Below are positions 25,041 through 38,668 of a stretch of 64,000 bases of DNA, piece after piece. The stretch's first letter is position 1. Each line of letters begins with the position of its first letter. The DNA comes from Octopus sinensis (taxonomy: Eukaryota): NCBI RefSeq assembly GCF_006345805.1, contig NC_043006.1, positions 78,926,001 through 78,990,000 on the forward strand, in the 5' to 3' direction. Below the pieces are notes generated by a model. That model had not been told where the DNA came from. It saw nothing but the letters and a program-made list of their open reading frames with translations, and did not search any database. The position numbers were made by a program, and so were the translations under genes.

Positions 25041-28000
25041 TGGGGGAGGGAGGGTGATAAAAGGAAGAGGAAGAGTGTAAGTCATGAATTACATATATAA
25101 TGTGTTATTTTCTTACTTTTCATTCCAGTTGTGATACGTCTATTTTGCCGTGTAGTGCAAACCCTTGCCAAAATGCTTCTAGTTGCGAGAATCTTGGTAA
25201 TGAACGCGCTAAATGCAACTGTCTACCCGGATTTGAAGGGGAGAAATGTCAAGACAATATTGGTAAATATATTGTTTTATTTTGTATTATTTTTGTTGGC
25301 CTTTTGCTTTTTGTGAGTTTTTTAATTGGGAGTGGGGTACTTGTGGGACAAATAAATTACACTGGTGAACAAAATTCGAGCTTTTTGCTCTCCCATAAGC
25401 TAAAGAAAGCAAACTTTATAGTACTTTTAATGCAGATTTCGAATCTGTTTTTAGAATTTTTCTATCAGGCATGATTTTTATTTGACAGAGTAATTAAATT
25501 AGACAATAAATGTACTATATTAATGCAAAAATATGACTGACTATTATAATTGGTCAACAGAATTAATGAAAAATTCTGTCCCACTAGCAAAAGTAGGTGA
25601 ACTTAATAGCATTTTATCTACAGTATTCATGTGTGTCTTCTGATTTTTCTTCCATAAGTCATAGTCTTCTTGTGATAGCATATGTAAATTGTTAATTATA
25701 TTTCATCAATTCAAAAACTGGGCTAATATTACAAGGAAATTTGTCTTTAAAACGTTGAACCGTATGATTTTTGACTGTATTAGCTTCTGGGACATCTATT
25801 TTTAATGACCATCTATAATCAGCCAACAGAGAAGAGCTCCATTTTCCTTGGTACCAGGTTTCCATATTCAGAATGTCCCGGTGAAACCTCTCGCCGTCTT
25901 CATCTCTGACAGCCCCAAGATTTGCAGGGAAGTGGATTTTTAAGTTCATTTGCATTCCAAGGCCTTGTATGATGTCAGTAGCTTTTTTCACTATGTCAGA
26001 ATAGTTCTCTGCTCAGTGATTCACCAAAAACTCTCAGCAAACTTTCTTAACTGACAGTCACGCAGCTTTTTCAACATCATTGAGCTTTTCATCAAACCTT
26101 TGGTCTCTCATCAGCTCCCTAATCTGTGGTCCAACAAAAATACCTTCCTTGATTTTGTATCATATACTCTTGAAATTTTCAGCAGTGACCATCCCATCTT
26201 TTTTCCTGTGTACAAAGAGTTGAGGACAATATTATCCAATGTATACTTCTCTAAGACAGTTGTGTATTATTTGAGAGAGATACTGCTACTATATGTAGCT
26301 GATCAAACGACCGTGTAAAGCTAGCATGTCTCGCAGATCGCGTGATGTTATGATCTGTGAAAATCGTTGAGGTCATCGTCATGGAAGATTGTCCAGTTTG
26401 AGATCATTTTCGATGGCTAATGTAATTTCTGATTTGAAATTCTGGTACCATTCATGTCATTGCTCGCGATTCGAGCAGTCCTCAGCATAGGTTTATTGCA
26501 ACATTAGAAAAGTCTTTGTAAAAGTTTTAAAGGATGCTTTCGTTTGGCTTTTTCGAAATTTAAGACAGAATTCTACACAAACACACAAACTAGAAAAAGA
26601 ATTAAAAAATGACGATACTTTGTGCTACATCATGTATCCTTAAAACATATTTTAAAATCTCATTGTATAAAAATAGACTAATATTTTATCAATCCGCAAA
26701 GTCCCTATGTTCTGGTGCCAATCGCCTAACGAACTACACTTACCCTCGCTTTACCACTTTTATAACAATTACTACCTGAAGTGGTGTGTGAGGTGTATTA
26801 AACTGAGGTCGAGGTCAACCATTCACTGCAATCGCACGCTCGCTGCTCCGACCAAATGACGTATCGTTTTAAAACTTCATTTTCTTTTTGGACAGTTCTC
26901 ATGTATGTGTGTATGAGTCTATGTGTAAGTGTGTTCGGATGTATGGGCCTATGTGTAAGTGTGTGCGGGTGTGTGAGTGCTTGTATGAGCGTGTGAGTGG
27001 GTATATAAACTTGCGGCATAGTAACATCATATTTCAGATCAAATATGTAAACAGACTTAGTAACTAATTGTTTAATATATGTATATATACATATATATAT
27101 ATATAAACAAGTCAAATCTATGTATGTATGTATATATATGTATGTATATGAATGTTATGTATGTATATATATGTATGTATGTATATGAATGTTATGTATG
27201 TATATATATGTATGTATGTATATATATATGTATGTATATGAGTGTTATGTATGTATATATGTATATGTATGTATATATATATGTATGTACATATATATGT
27301 ATGTATGTATGTATATGTAGGTATATATATATATATTATATATATATATATATATAATATATATATATATATGTTAGTGTTCCTACCAGTGATTAAGTCA
27401 CAGGGCAAGGCAGGGAATTGAACCAACTGGTTTCAGCTTCTGCTAAGCGTCATTGGTTGCCCTACTTTTCCCTAGTTGCCGTGAAAGCGTAGTGGGCAGT
27501 GCTACCTCATAAAACAAACATCCTTGGAAGCTATATAGTTAACATGCGGTGCTTTTTTCCCCAACGTGGCTATAAAAATGCTTGTTAAATATAAGAGTCT
27601 AAAGCTCTTATCATGTATTAAAACGTTTAATATTGAATACTTTGTTTAGGTGTCCTGTTCAAATTTGAAAATGAATGATTAAGTCTCTATATTACTTTAT
27701 TTTTTCCTTTTACTTATTGCCACTTACGTTTGTTACCCTTTCAGACGATTGTGCAAGCTCCCCATGTCTTTTTAACGGAAGTTGCACTGATTTAGTTGAT
27801 GGTTTTGAGTGTAAGTGCCATAGCGGGTTGTCTGGAAAAATATGCAACGTCAGAGAGAACCCATGCAATGTATCAAAGTGTCATGGAAACGTTTGTATTG
27901 TTAACGAAGAAGCAATGGACAGCATATGCAGTTGTAACGAAGATTATACATACGGTAAGGCTACAAGTTTGGTACATATTTTCATCATAAATTTATTCTA

Positions 28001-29422
28001 ACAACACTTACTAATAAACGCATAGAAGATTTGTCTGCATCTGTGTGGATGTCTATATATATATATATATCCACCACAAATGTGGGAGATTCTGTCTGTG
28101 GCTGCGTTTGTGGGTTTGTTAGGTAATTTTATATCGTTTTATCGATTTTTATGAAACTTGACACGTGAGTAGAACTCATGCCTAGAAAGCGTATGGCATA
28201 CTCAGATTTCTAAAAAAAAAACGATGATAGGGACCCTGGAAGGAATCGTTATATATATCTAAAATATTTCATTTTAACATCCAAGGGAAATAACCCATTC
28301 GGCCAGATTTTAATAGCCAAGGGAAATAACCCATCCATTTTCCTAAATCATCTCTCTCTATATAAACGACAGTTTGTCTGTGCGTGTTTCTGTGTGTCTG
28401 TTTTCTTGTACCCTCACCCTGACCACGGCTTTCAACCGATTCTGATGAAACTTGACACACACATAGCCCAATGTCATAATTCAAAACTAACGCAGCGAAA
28501 ATTTTGAAAAGTTCCCCCAGTTCTGAAAAAAATCGATAAATTCGACATGGGGTCGAGAATCAGAAACACAAACTGCAAACTGTCTAGGGGACGCAACTCC
28601 ACCTTTTTTAACTAAAAAAAAATTTACCATCATTTTTTTCCATCTTTTTGCTATTTTTTGGCTATAACTCTCTAAAAATGCTTTATAGTTATTTCCCTTA
28701 CAAACCTGAGCAATGCCGGGCGATACTGCTAGTTTGGTATAAATCAAATTGAGTATGCTTATTTCTTAGTATTTGAACTGCTAGAGTTATTTTCGCATTT
28801 TATCAACTCTTAAAAAATTAAATAGTATTTTCTTAAACAATAGATCCACTTATTTCGGTTAGTGACTTATCCACGAATATACCAACTCAGTAATATACAA
28901 TATTACACTCAGCTGAGTGTAATATTCTCTGGCAACGCACAAAATCCCTTTTCAGAGTTATTTACTTTGAATTGTCATTACCTCATATCTGATTAGCCTG
29001 TTATTACGTAACATGCTTTACGATTTTAGTACACATACCTTATTAGTATTTCCTCCTATGTTCTATATACTCTGGAAACGCATTAACGTCTTTTCGGGAC
29101 TACTTTGTTTGAATTCTTACTATCGGGTAACTAATTTGGGTATTCATAACTTATAGGGAATTCCTTTCTAGCCCCACTGTATACTTGAAGCCTATCTTTC
29201 TGATCATATCCAGAGAACTGCATGCGGTGAATGAAGTTCTGTATATTTTTTTTTTTCGTTTCATAGGGTTCGCATAGTAAGGACACGTTGTTCATTATCC
29301 TAACTAAGTCTGCTATCAGTATGTTTTCACGTTGTGTGACAAAGCTGGGATGGATCTTGTGAACAACATATTTTGAAGTAATTACATGAAACCCATAAAC
29401 CCATAACCCATGTGTGTGCGTA

Positions 29423-29510
<88 letters not shown>

Positions 29511-32500
29511 GTCCTCGTGCTTGTGTGCTTATTGCTGATAGAACAGTTGGTCAACATGCATATTTCGTTGCTATTTCCAGACAAAATTCGGCCGGCAGAA
29601 TCTGAAATACTTGAAACCGACGGATACACTTACATTTTGATATATGCATGTTTATATACAATGCGGTTTTTAATGATCCTCTCTCCTTTTCAATATTTTA
29701 GCCGAGGTCTGTCAGCTCTCCTATGAATCTAGTACAAAGTATGAGAGTTCAAATCCTTATAAAACAGAAGCTGCTGCATCCTCGAAGGTTTGCACTACCG
29801 CATGTCTCAACGACAATCAATGTCAGTCCGTGACATTTGACAACAACACAAACAGCTGCTACTTTTTCAATGGTAAAGTCAACACCAGTAAAGATGCTTG
29901 CTGTGAAACATTCACGAAACATTGCCAAAATCCAACAGGTAAAAACATATACACTAATCTCAAAATTTATGAAAATGCTTCAAGCATAAATTTAACGTTT
30001 ACTTATAAAAGTCGGGAACGTTCGCCTGATAACAAATTTGACTCTGCTTCCAAGATCAAAAATAACATTGTTATAGCTTATGAAAATTGTTTACTATCTT
30101 AGAATCTACTCCTTTCAAACGTTCAAGATATTTTGATTGTTTCAGAGAATTATTGGAGTCCGTGGTATACTGTAAACGGATCTAGAATACCAGAAGAAGC
30201 AGTAAAGACTTTGCGTGATGTAAGTTTCAAGTTTCAACCAAAGTAAAAAAAATATAAATTTCTTTCATTATTTCATTTTTACAAGAAAGAATTGTAATCT
30301 AGGAGATTAAAAAACAAAACTAATTTAGCGTACATACTTATTTCTTCTGAGTGATGTTTTTGTTTTATTCCGTAGCATTATTTGGGATGAAATTGTTTGT
30401 TAAATTTGTGTAAGAATTTCAGTAACGAATGAATGTTTAGTACAAAACACGATATGCATTTTAGCTGGCGCGAATGCCACTGTGTAATTAAGAAGGTCGC
30501 TTCCCAACCACATGGTTTCAGATTCAGTCTCGCCGCATAGCACTTTGGACATGTATCTCCTGTAAACTCGGACCGATAAAACACTGTGAGTGGATTTGGT
30601 GAACGAAAACTGAAATAAGGCCGGCGTATAAATACACACACACATACACACATGTGTGTTTGTGTGTGTGTATTCGTATTTGCAAATATCTCCTTGTTTT
30701 GAGACACATGATAATATGATAGTTGTAAGCGAGTGTCACTAGATACAAGCGGTGTCCATTCTTTCCAATCGTCGGTGAAAAACGCTACTGGTCATGCAGA
30801 AATATTACCTAACTTGCGAATGTGTGAAGGTTAACGACAGGAAGAGTATCCGATCATAGAAAATCTGGCTCAGCAAATTCGGTTCGACCCATGTGAGTAT
30901 GAAAAATCTGGATGTTAAAATGACAACAATAACGATGGCAATGAAGATAACTTTAGTTGTGACCCCCGCAACAATTCACTCAAATATATGTGTACGTTTG
31001 TGTGTGTGAGTAATTTTATCTAGACTTTGGGAATAGGTGCCAGATGTTTTAGGAAATGTAATCTGAAAGGAATTACATCATATTCACAATATTCATTTGT
31101 TGCTTACATTCTTCATACTGTACAACAATTAATCGATTTATTATATACGTAAGTATACGAGGGGGTGACTTTAGATAAAGAAAATACAGGGGATCAATCA
31201 ATTATGATTTTATTCAACGTATATGTTCCTCAGATTTACACACTTATTGTAGCGATCCTTCAGTTTTTCTAAGTCCTGTAAAAGCACTCGGTAACTTGGG
31301 CCTCCAGCCAAGCTTTTTCGTGACACCCTTAAAGCCAGGAAATTTTCAGCACCCTCTTGTAGATATCGATACGCTCAGTATCAATAGCGGTGTAAATGTT
31401 GCTGGGGCGTTCTTTGAAAGAATTCATTAGCTCTGAATATTTGAATTTACGTCTTTTAAGTTAATCTTAATTCTTTGTGATGTGAAAAAAAAATGGAATG
31501 GATATCCGCCTCGATAATTCTCTTAAAACACAGACAATTCTTTCTGCTGTATGCACAGGGACTGAAATTTTGTTGGAAGGGAGATAGTCGATTGCCCCGA
31601 CCTCATCCCCCGTAATTATTTTAACGACCTGCCCTCGGTGGAATTTGAACTCAGAACGTAAAGAGCCAGAGGAAATGTCTCTAAGCATTTTCGCCCGGCA
31701 CTATAACGATTCCGCCAGCTCACCGTCTTCCTTAAATAGGCGATAATGTTAAATAAGTCATAATTAATAATAAAACTACTACTTTTATTTAACTTTTTTT
31801 TTTCATCATAAATGTAGAATACTACACAATTTTATTCTATCTTTAGGTTGGCGTCGATATTTGCAATGGAATGGTTCCTTTGTTGATTCAGTGCCGATCA
31901 CGTGTTGACAGAGCTCCCTTTCTTTGGCAACAGCAATTAGGGATGTCATTTAACCTGAGTGATACTTGCATAATAAATAATGAAAGCTGTAATCCAAGTT
32001 GCCCACCGTATCAGCTACGTTTCCAGTGTAACGTCAACAAAGGTATAACATTTGAATAATTTCTTTGTTAATTTTTTCTATAATGTGGCGTTTGTTTGGG
32101 ATATTTTTCTGAATATAAAGAACCCCCAGGGATTCCTCACAATAAATTTCCTTCAAATCGTTCCTTGCTGTCTTTCAAAAAAACGGAACACATTGGAGAG
32201 TGTAATCTTAAATGTGTATTACACAAAAAATAAAAAAATTAAGTGCTTATGATCGGAATATTTTTAATAATCCGTAGATCTAAGTAACAACAAAAAGACC
32301 AACGACAGCGACAACATGGCCACAATGATGATTATATTCTCTGATGTGGAGGCGCAATGGCCCAGTGGTTAGGGCAGCGGACTCGCGGTCGTAGGATCGC
32401 GGTTTCGATTCCCAGACCGGGCGTTGTGAGTGTTTATTGAGCGAAAACACCTAAAGCTCCACGAGGCTCCGGCAGGGGATGGTGGTGATCCCTGCTGTAC

Positions 32501-33993
32501 TCTTTCACCACAATTTTCTCTCACTCTTACTTCCTGTTTCTGTTGTACCTGTATTTCAAAGGGCCGGCCTTGTCACTCTCTGTGTCACGCTGAATATCCC
32601 CGAGAACTACATTAAGGGTACACGTGTCTGTGGAGTGCTCAGCCACTTACACGTTAATTTCACGAGCAGGCTGTTCCGTTGATCGGATCAACCAGAACCC
32701 TCATCGTCGTAACCGACGGAGTGCTCCTACTATATTCTCTGATACACGAAACCTGATGATCACAACTGTAAAGCCTTTGATAATTAGTTTTCTTGATCTG
32801 GGATAGTCTACATTCAAAAGAACATTAATCACCTTTAATTTTGTCAACAGATTATTCAACTGTTACAACATCCCAGTAGTCCAGGTACTTTGAAATGATA
32901 TATAATGCCCCAGGCGCATGGGGTAGTGAGTTCGATTCCCGGACAGGGCAGTGTGTTGAGCAAGATACTTTATTTCACGTTGCTCCAGTTCACTCAGCTG
33001 TAGAAAAGCGTTGCGACGTTACTGGTGTTAAGCTGTATTAGCCTTTGCCTTTCTCTCTCCTCTTGTTAATGTCACAGATACAAAAAAATAAACATTGGTT
33101 TATAGACTATGGAAAACCAGGAAAAGAAAATATTTGTGTATGTGTGCGCCCAGTGGTTAGGGCAGCGGACTCGCGGTCGTAGGATCGCGGTTTCGATTCC
33201 CAGACCGGGGCGTTGTACACCACGACATACGTCCACAATCTTTTTGTGCCATAGTTATATAATTTTTGCTGAGATATTTTATTTACGTTTGTATGTGTGT
33301 GTAAACATGTGCACGTATCTCTGTATTTGTCACGCCGTATGACAATCAACGTTGGCTTGACTGCGTCCCTGTCGCTTAGCGGTTCGACAAAAAGGAACGA
33401 TTGAATGGATGCCAGGCTTAAAATAACAACAGTGGGAGATTTCATCAACTAAACACCGTTCGGGTTGTTGGCCAAAAATGCTCGCGGTTCAAAGACTGTA
33501 ATGCGCAAATCAGTGAAGGAATTTTTTTTCTTTTTTAAATGTTCTGCTCAATTATTTAATGTATCTATTTTTCAGTAATGGACCAAAAACAATGTTTTAA
33601 CAAGACACCATGCGGTGCAATACAGTGCTACAATGGTGGTACATGCAACTCAAATATGTGCTCATGCACCAATGGTTACAGTGGAGAGTTCTGCCAAAAG
33701 ATGAATGATAACTGCGATCCAAACCCTTGTGAAGGTGGCACTTGCACAAACCTTATTAATGATTATCAGTGTAATTGTTTCTCAGGATACGAAGGTAATT
33801 TCATCATTAGTCCTCAAGGTTACAAAATTATTTTCTATTGAAATTTATGTTATGTCAAGCAATACATTCTCTCTTCATAGAAAATGAAATATGATTTCCT
33901 TTTTTAAAATCTTATTCTGCAGGAGTGGCTGTGTGGTAAGTAGTGGATTTGGTAGACGGAAACTGAAAGAAGCCCGTCGTATATATGTATATA

Positions 33994-34036
<43 letters not shown>

Positions 34037-34096
34037 ATAGAAATATTAAAATTACTAAGTCTCTATAAGAATGCCATATTAATATGGCGATAACAA

Positions 34097-34136
<40 letters not shown>

Positions 34137-34460
34137 TATATATTATTAGTGAATTGAAGAAATGGAGTTGGACGAAGATTGAACAGAAATCGTTTTATTG
34201 CATTCTATAAATTTTATAGAATGCAATAAAACGATTTCTGTTCAATCTTCGTCCAACTCCATTTCTTCAATTCACTAATAATATTAAAATTCAATTATCC
34301 GCACCGACGCACGGTTGCAACACCATATGGTTGTACCTCCAACCGTGCTGTCTTCTGCTGTGATTTTTGCTACCAAGGTATCGGTTAAACTTTTGATTAA
34401 TCTGCAACAAGATTATTCATCTTTCTATTTCACAAAATATAAATATATATATATATATAA

Positions 34461-34502
<42 letters not shown>

Positions 34503-35133
34503 ATGAATGTGTGTGTGTGTATGTTTGCGTGTCTGTGTTTGCCCCCCCCCCCCTCCAACATCGCTTGACAACCGATGCTGGGGTGTTTACGTCCCCGTAA
34601 CTTAGCGGTTCGGCATAAGAGACCAATAGAATAAGTACTAGGCTTACAAAGAATAAGTCCTAAAGGCGGTGCTCCAGCATGACCACAGTCAAATGACTGA
34701 AACAAAAGAGTAAAGAGTAAAGAGTATACAGACAGCAGAAAAAAAAAGGATGATTTGTATGTTTTACTGTCTTTTTTTTTTTGTTTTGCTTTTTCACAAA
34801 ATTCCTTTAAAGTATAAAAATATCGTTGTTGGAGTGTAACTATGTAAATGACCACGTCCAGACAAATCAACGAATACTTTAACACTGAGTAATCAATGTT
34901 AACTGTTAACTGTTTCCGTGTGTTTTCAAATGGATAAAATGAATCTTCCATGCTGTAATTGTTTTAGTTTCATCTCACGGTCTAAGGTTAAAGTTTGCGC
35001 TGAACTAAATGCTTAGCCAAAGTCGACTTTGCCTTTTATCCTTTTCGGCTGTACCAGTGAAGTACTGGGGTCGATGTAATCGACTATCCCCCTCCCCCAA
35101 AATTGCTACCTTTGTGGAAAAATTTGAAACCAC

Positions 35134-35185
<52 letters not shown>

Positions 35186-35769
35186 GTTATTACTAATGCA
35201 GTGAGCTGGCAGAATCGTTAGCACGTCGGGAAAAATGCCTAGCGGCCTTTCACCCGTCTTTACGTTCTGAGTTCAAATGTTACCGTGGTCGACTTTACCT
35301 TTGATCCTTTCGGGGCGATAAATTAAGTGCCAGTTACGCACTGGAGTCAATGTAATTGACTTAATCCGTTTGTCTGTCCTTGTTTGTCCCCTCTATGTTT
35401 AGCCCCTTGTAGGTAATAAAGAAACGGGTATTTCGTCGGCTGCTACGTTCTGAGTTCAAATTCCGCCGAGGTCGACTTTGCCTTTCATCCTTTCGGGGTC
35501 GATTAAATAAGTACCAGTTACGCACTGGTGTCGATATAATCGACTTAATCCGTTTCTCTGTCCTTGTTTGTCCCCTCTGTGTGTAGCCCCTTGTGGGTAG
35601 TAAAGAAATAGGTATTTCATTCATCTTCACGCTCTAAGTTCCAATTCCGTCGAGGTCGCCCTTGCCTTTCATTCTTTCGGGGTCGATGAAATAAGTACCA
35701 GTTACGCACTGGGGTCGATGTAATCGACTTAGCTCCTCCCCCTAAATTTCAGTCCTATATTTGAAGGAC

Positions 35770-35821
<52 letters not shown>

Positions 35822-36455
35822 GCTGTTGTTGTTGTTGTTGTTGTTGTAATCGACTTAGCACCTCCCACAAAAGTTTCAGCCCTTGTGCCTACAGTAGAAA
35901 GGATTATTAATATCATAATTTTCTTGAACTATTAAATTCTTATTTTAGAATGTACTTTGCAACATAGTAGTGTGGTAAGCCATCTGGCCCAGTAAAATGG
36001 ATTTTGCAATATATTTACATTTTTCATATAAAATGTACTTCGATCGGTTTTGTCACTGAGAATCATCAGGTGTTGTATGCTTTAATATGCATATAGTCCC
36101 ACACTGGATTTAAAGTTTTCCTCAAGAAAGAGTAGAAATAAATGTAATCTTCTACGAGGTTACTTCGCAGATAAACACAAAAACATATAGTCGTGTTTTC
36201 AACATATGTCTGTGTACGTATGTGTTTGAGTACGCGTGTATATATATATATATAAAGTTAATCCAAACAAGAAAGCACAAAAAAACACAACAACGCGAGG
36301 ACGTGGAACAAATATAGTATTATTGGACGCTCAGGAAATAAGGAAAGAAGGAGGGTTTAACGTTTCGAGCGGAGCTCTTCGTCGGAAACATAGGAGAAGG
36401 AAGATCCAGAGAAGGGAAGACAGAGGGAAAAAAATCGACAACGGTACACACGAGG

Positions 36456-36527
<72 letters not shown>

Positions 36528-37983
36528 GTTTGAATTGCATAATAGTGGGTTTTTTCTCTCATTTATATATTATATATTTATATTGTGAAATTTGATTTAA
36601 TACTAAATTGAAATTTTCCCTGTAAGTTTGGAGTTATACTCCCTATTATTATTATTATATATATATATAATTGTTGTCATCCTTCCTTTTTCTATACATA
36701 TCGAAACAAAAGAAAACCAATCATTGTCTTTGAATTTCTCATTTTAGGCAAGAACTGCACAAATATAAATGACTGTGCCAATGCAACATGCAATGTGACA
36801 GGTACACAGCAATGCAAAGATCTCGTAGAAGATTACCAATGTATCTGTAAGCCAGGCTACAAAGGGCAAATGTGCAATGTAAGTATTATTTTCAAATAAT
36901 CTAACAGTACGATCAGGAATACAAGCGATCGAAATGGGATTCTTCTGAAGTAGCATTATTCCATACAATGTTTGGTTGAGAGGTCAGAGTGTCTCTCTAA
37001 GTCGAGCTACGACTTATCTGTATTGAGAGTTCACAACTCTGGTACCACGGACATATTATTAGAATGTCGCAAGAAAGTATCACAGGGTTCATTCTTCAAT
37101 ACAACTGGAGGAAATCCTTAGAGTAGACTAAGAATGAGCTGGTGCTTCATAAACACCGGAAGATATATCGCACTTCTGTGCTAGAGGACAGGTTTCATCG
37201 AACTACGACAATGGTCGTAGAGAGCTCAAACTTTTTATCGGAGCCATAGAAGGAAACTTTAAATCCACCGTAATAAGAGACATTCAATGACCCTTTCACT
37301 TTTAATCTGGAAACTTAAAGACGAGGGGACCAGTCTCGATATCAAATAGTAAATCTTCTCCAAAACCAGACCTTATATTAATGAATAAAAAAAAAATGCT
37401 CAGTACGTTCTCTTGAAAAACAATATCCCTTAAAGAACTTGAGAACGTCAAATGAATACATATATTCCAGGAACGAGATTTTTTCTGTGTATCCGCATTA
37501 CAACAAATACATCTTGTCGGAATTTAAAAGTAGACCACCAGATACTTAGTAAACCATTAACATCTCATCAACGTCTGCTTGACATTCGAATTATTGTAAA
37601 GCTGATTATGTCCCTTGAGTTTGTCTTCTTGTTTTCTTCCTTACCAGCGTCTCTCGTTTAAACCTTATCAGTTCAAACGGCAACTGGCAAACGGTCTTGT
37701 TCTCAACTTGAAAAATGCCGAAATTAAATATTATTTAAACCAGGAAATGCTGGGTAGCTATTTTAACAAGATTTTGGCTTATATATATTATAATAGTGTG
37801 TGTGTGTGTGTGTGTGTGTTAATATATGTTCCTGCGAATGAATACATAAGTATATGCTTCTTCCCAACCACGTTTCCGGGTTCAATCCCACTGCGTAGCA
37901 ACATGAGCAAGTGTCTTCTACTATAGCCTCGGACCGACCAAAGCCTTGTGGAATTGGTAGATGGAAAATGGAAGAAGCTCGTC

Positions 37984-38060
<77 letters not shown>

Positions 38061-38636
38061 TGTGTGTGTGTGTGTGTGTGTGTGTGTCTGTCTGTGCTTG
38101 TTCCCCACCATCGCTTGACAACCGATGGTGGTGTGTTTATGTCCCCGTAACATTAGCGGTTCGGCCAAAGAAGTCAATAGAATAAGTACTACGCTTACAA
38201 TTAATAAGTTCTATGGTCGATTTGTTCGACTAAAGACAGTGCTCCAGCATGACCGCAGTCAGATGACTGAAGTAAGTAAAAGAATAAAAGAATGTGTGAG
38301 TATGCGCACCCCGGTACGTATGTATATACACAGACATGAAAGAAGTAAATAGACACCCTTATAATCATTAAAATTTATTTAAATCTGAAATTATGCATTC
38401 AAATTATTTGTTAGTTGTTATATGTGAACATTTAATATTTAGTAGACACGCTCTTTGCATTTTAGATAGTATTTAGTACTTTGATAATATTTTTGAGCAG
38501 CTGTTAAATAAATGTGTGATGGCTTCCACAGAAATATGACATAATCTACATTGACGGTTGCCTCTTGAAATTCGAAGGGCTTCACTGTCTCTTTTGTTGA
38601 TTATGTATGTATGTACGTATGTACGTATGTATGTAT

Positions 38637-38668
<32 letters not shown>

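Larger units (their letters stand above)
24468..26722. repeat. Perfect 136-bp inverted repeat pair (24468-24603 / 26587-26722)
   Basis: Arms compared by eye are exact reverse complements. Confidence 0.92.

Noticed and set aside
24468-26722. Composite transposon (IR arms as TIRs of the Chapaev-like transposase) that captured exon 10
   Set aside because: No TSD, the arm ends are not CAC, the transposase relic appears to have its own end near 25581, and exon 10 is collinear and in frame with the host gene.
32348-32420. tRNA-like sequence
   Set aside because: No complete cloverleaf or acceptor stem; it is the head of a multi-copy SINE.
35200-35900. CRISPR-like repeat/spacer appearance
   Set aside because: Eukaryotic intron; units are about 200-bp SINE copies without unique spacers or cas genes.
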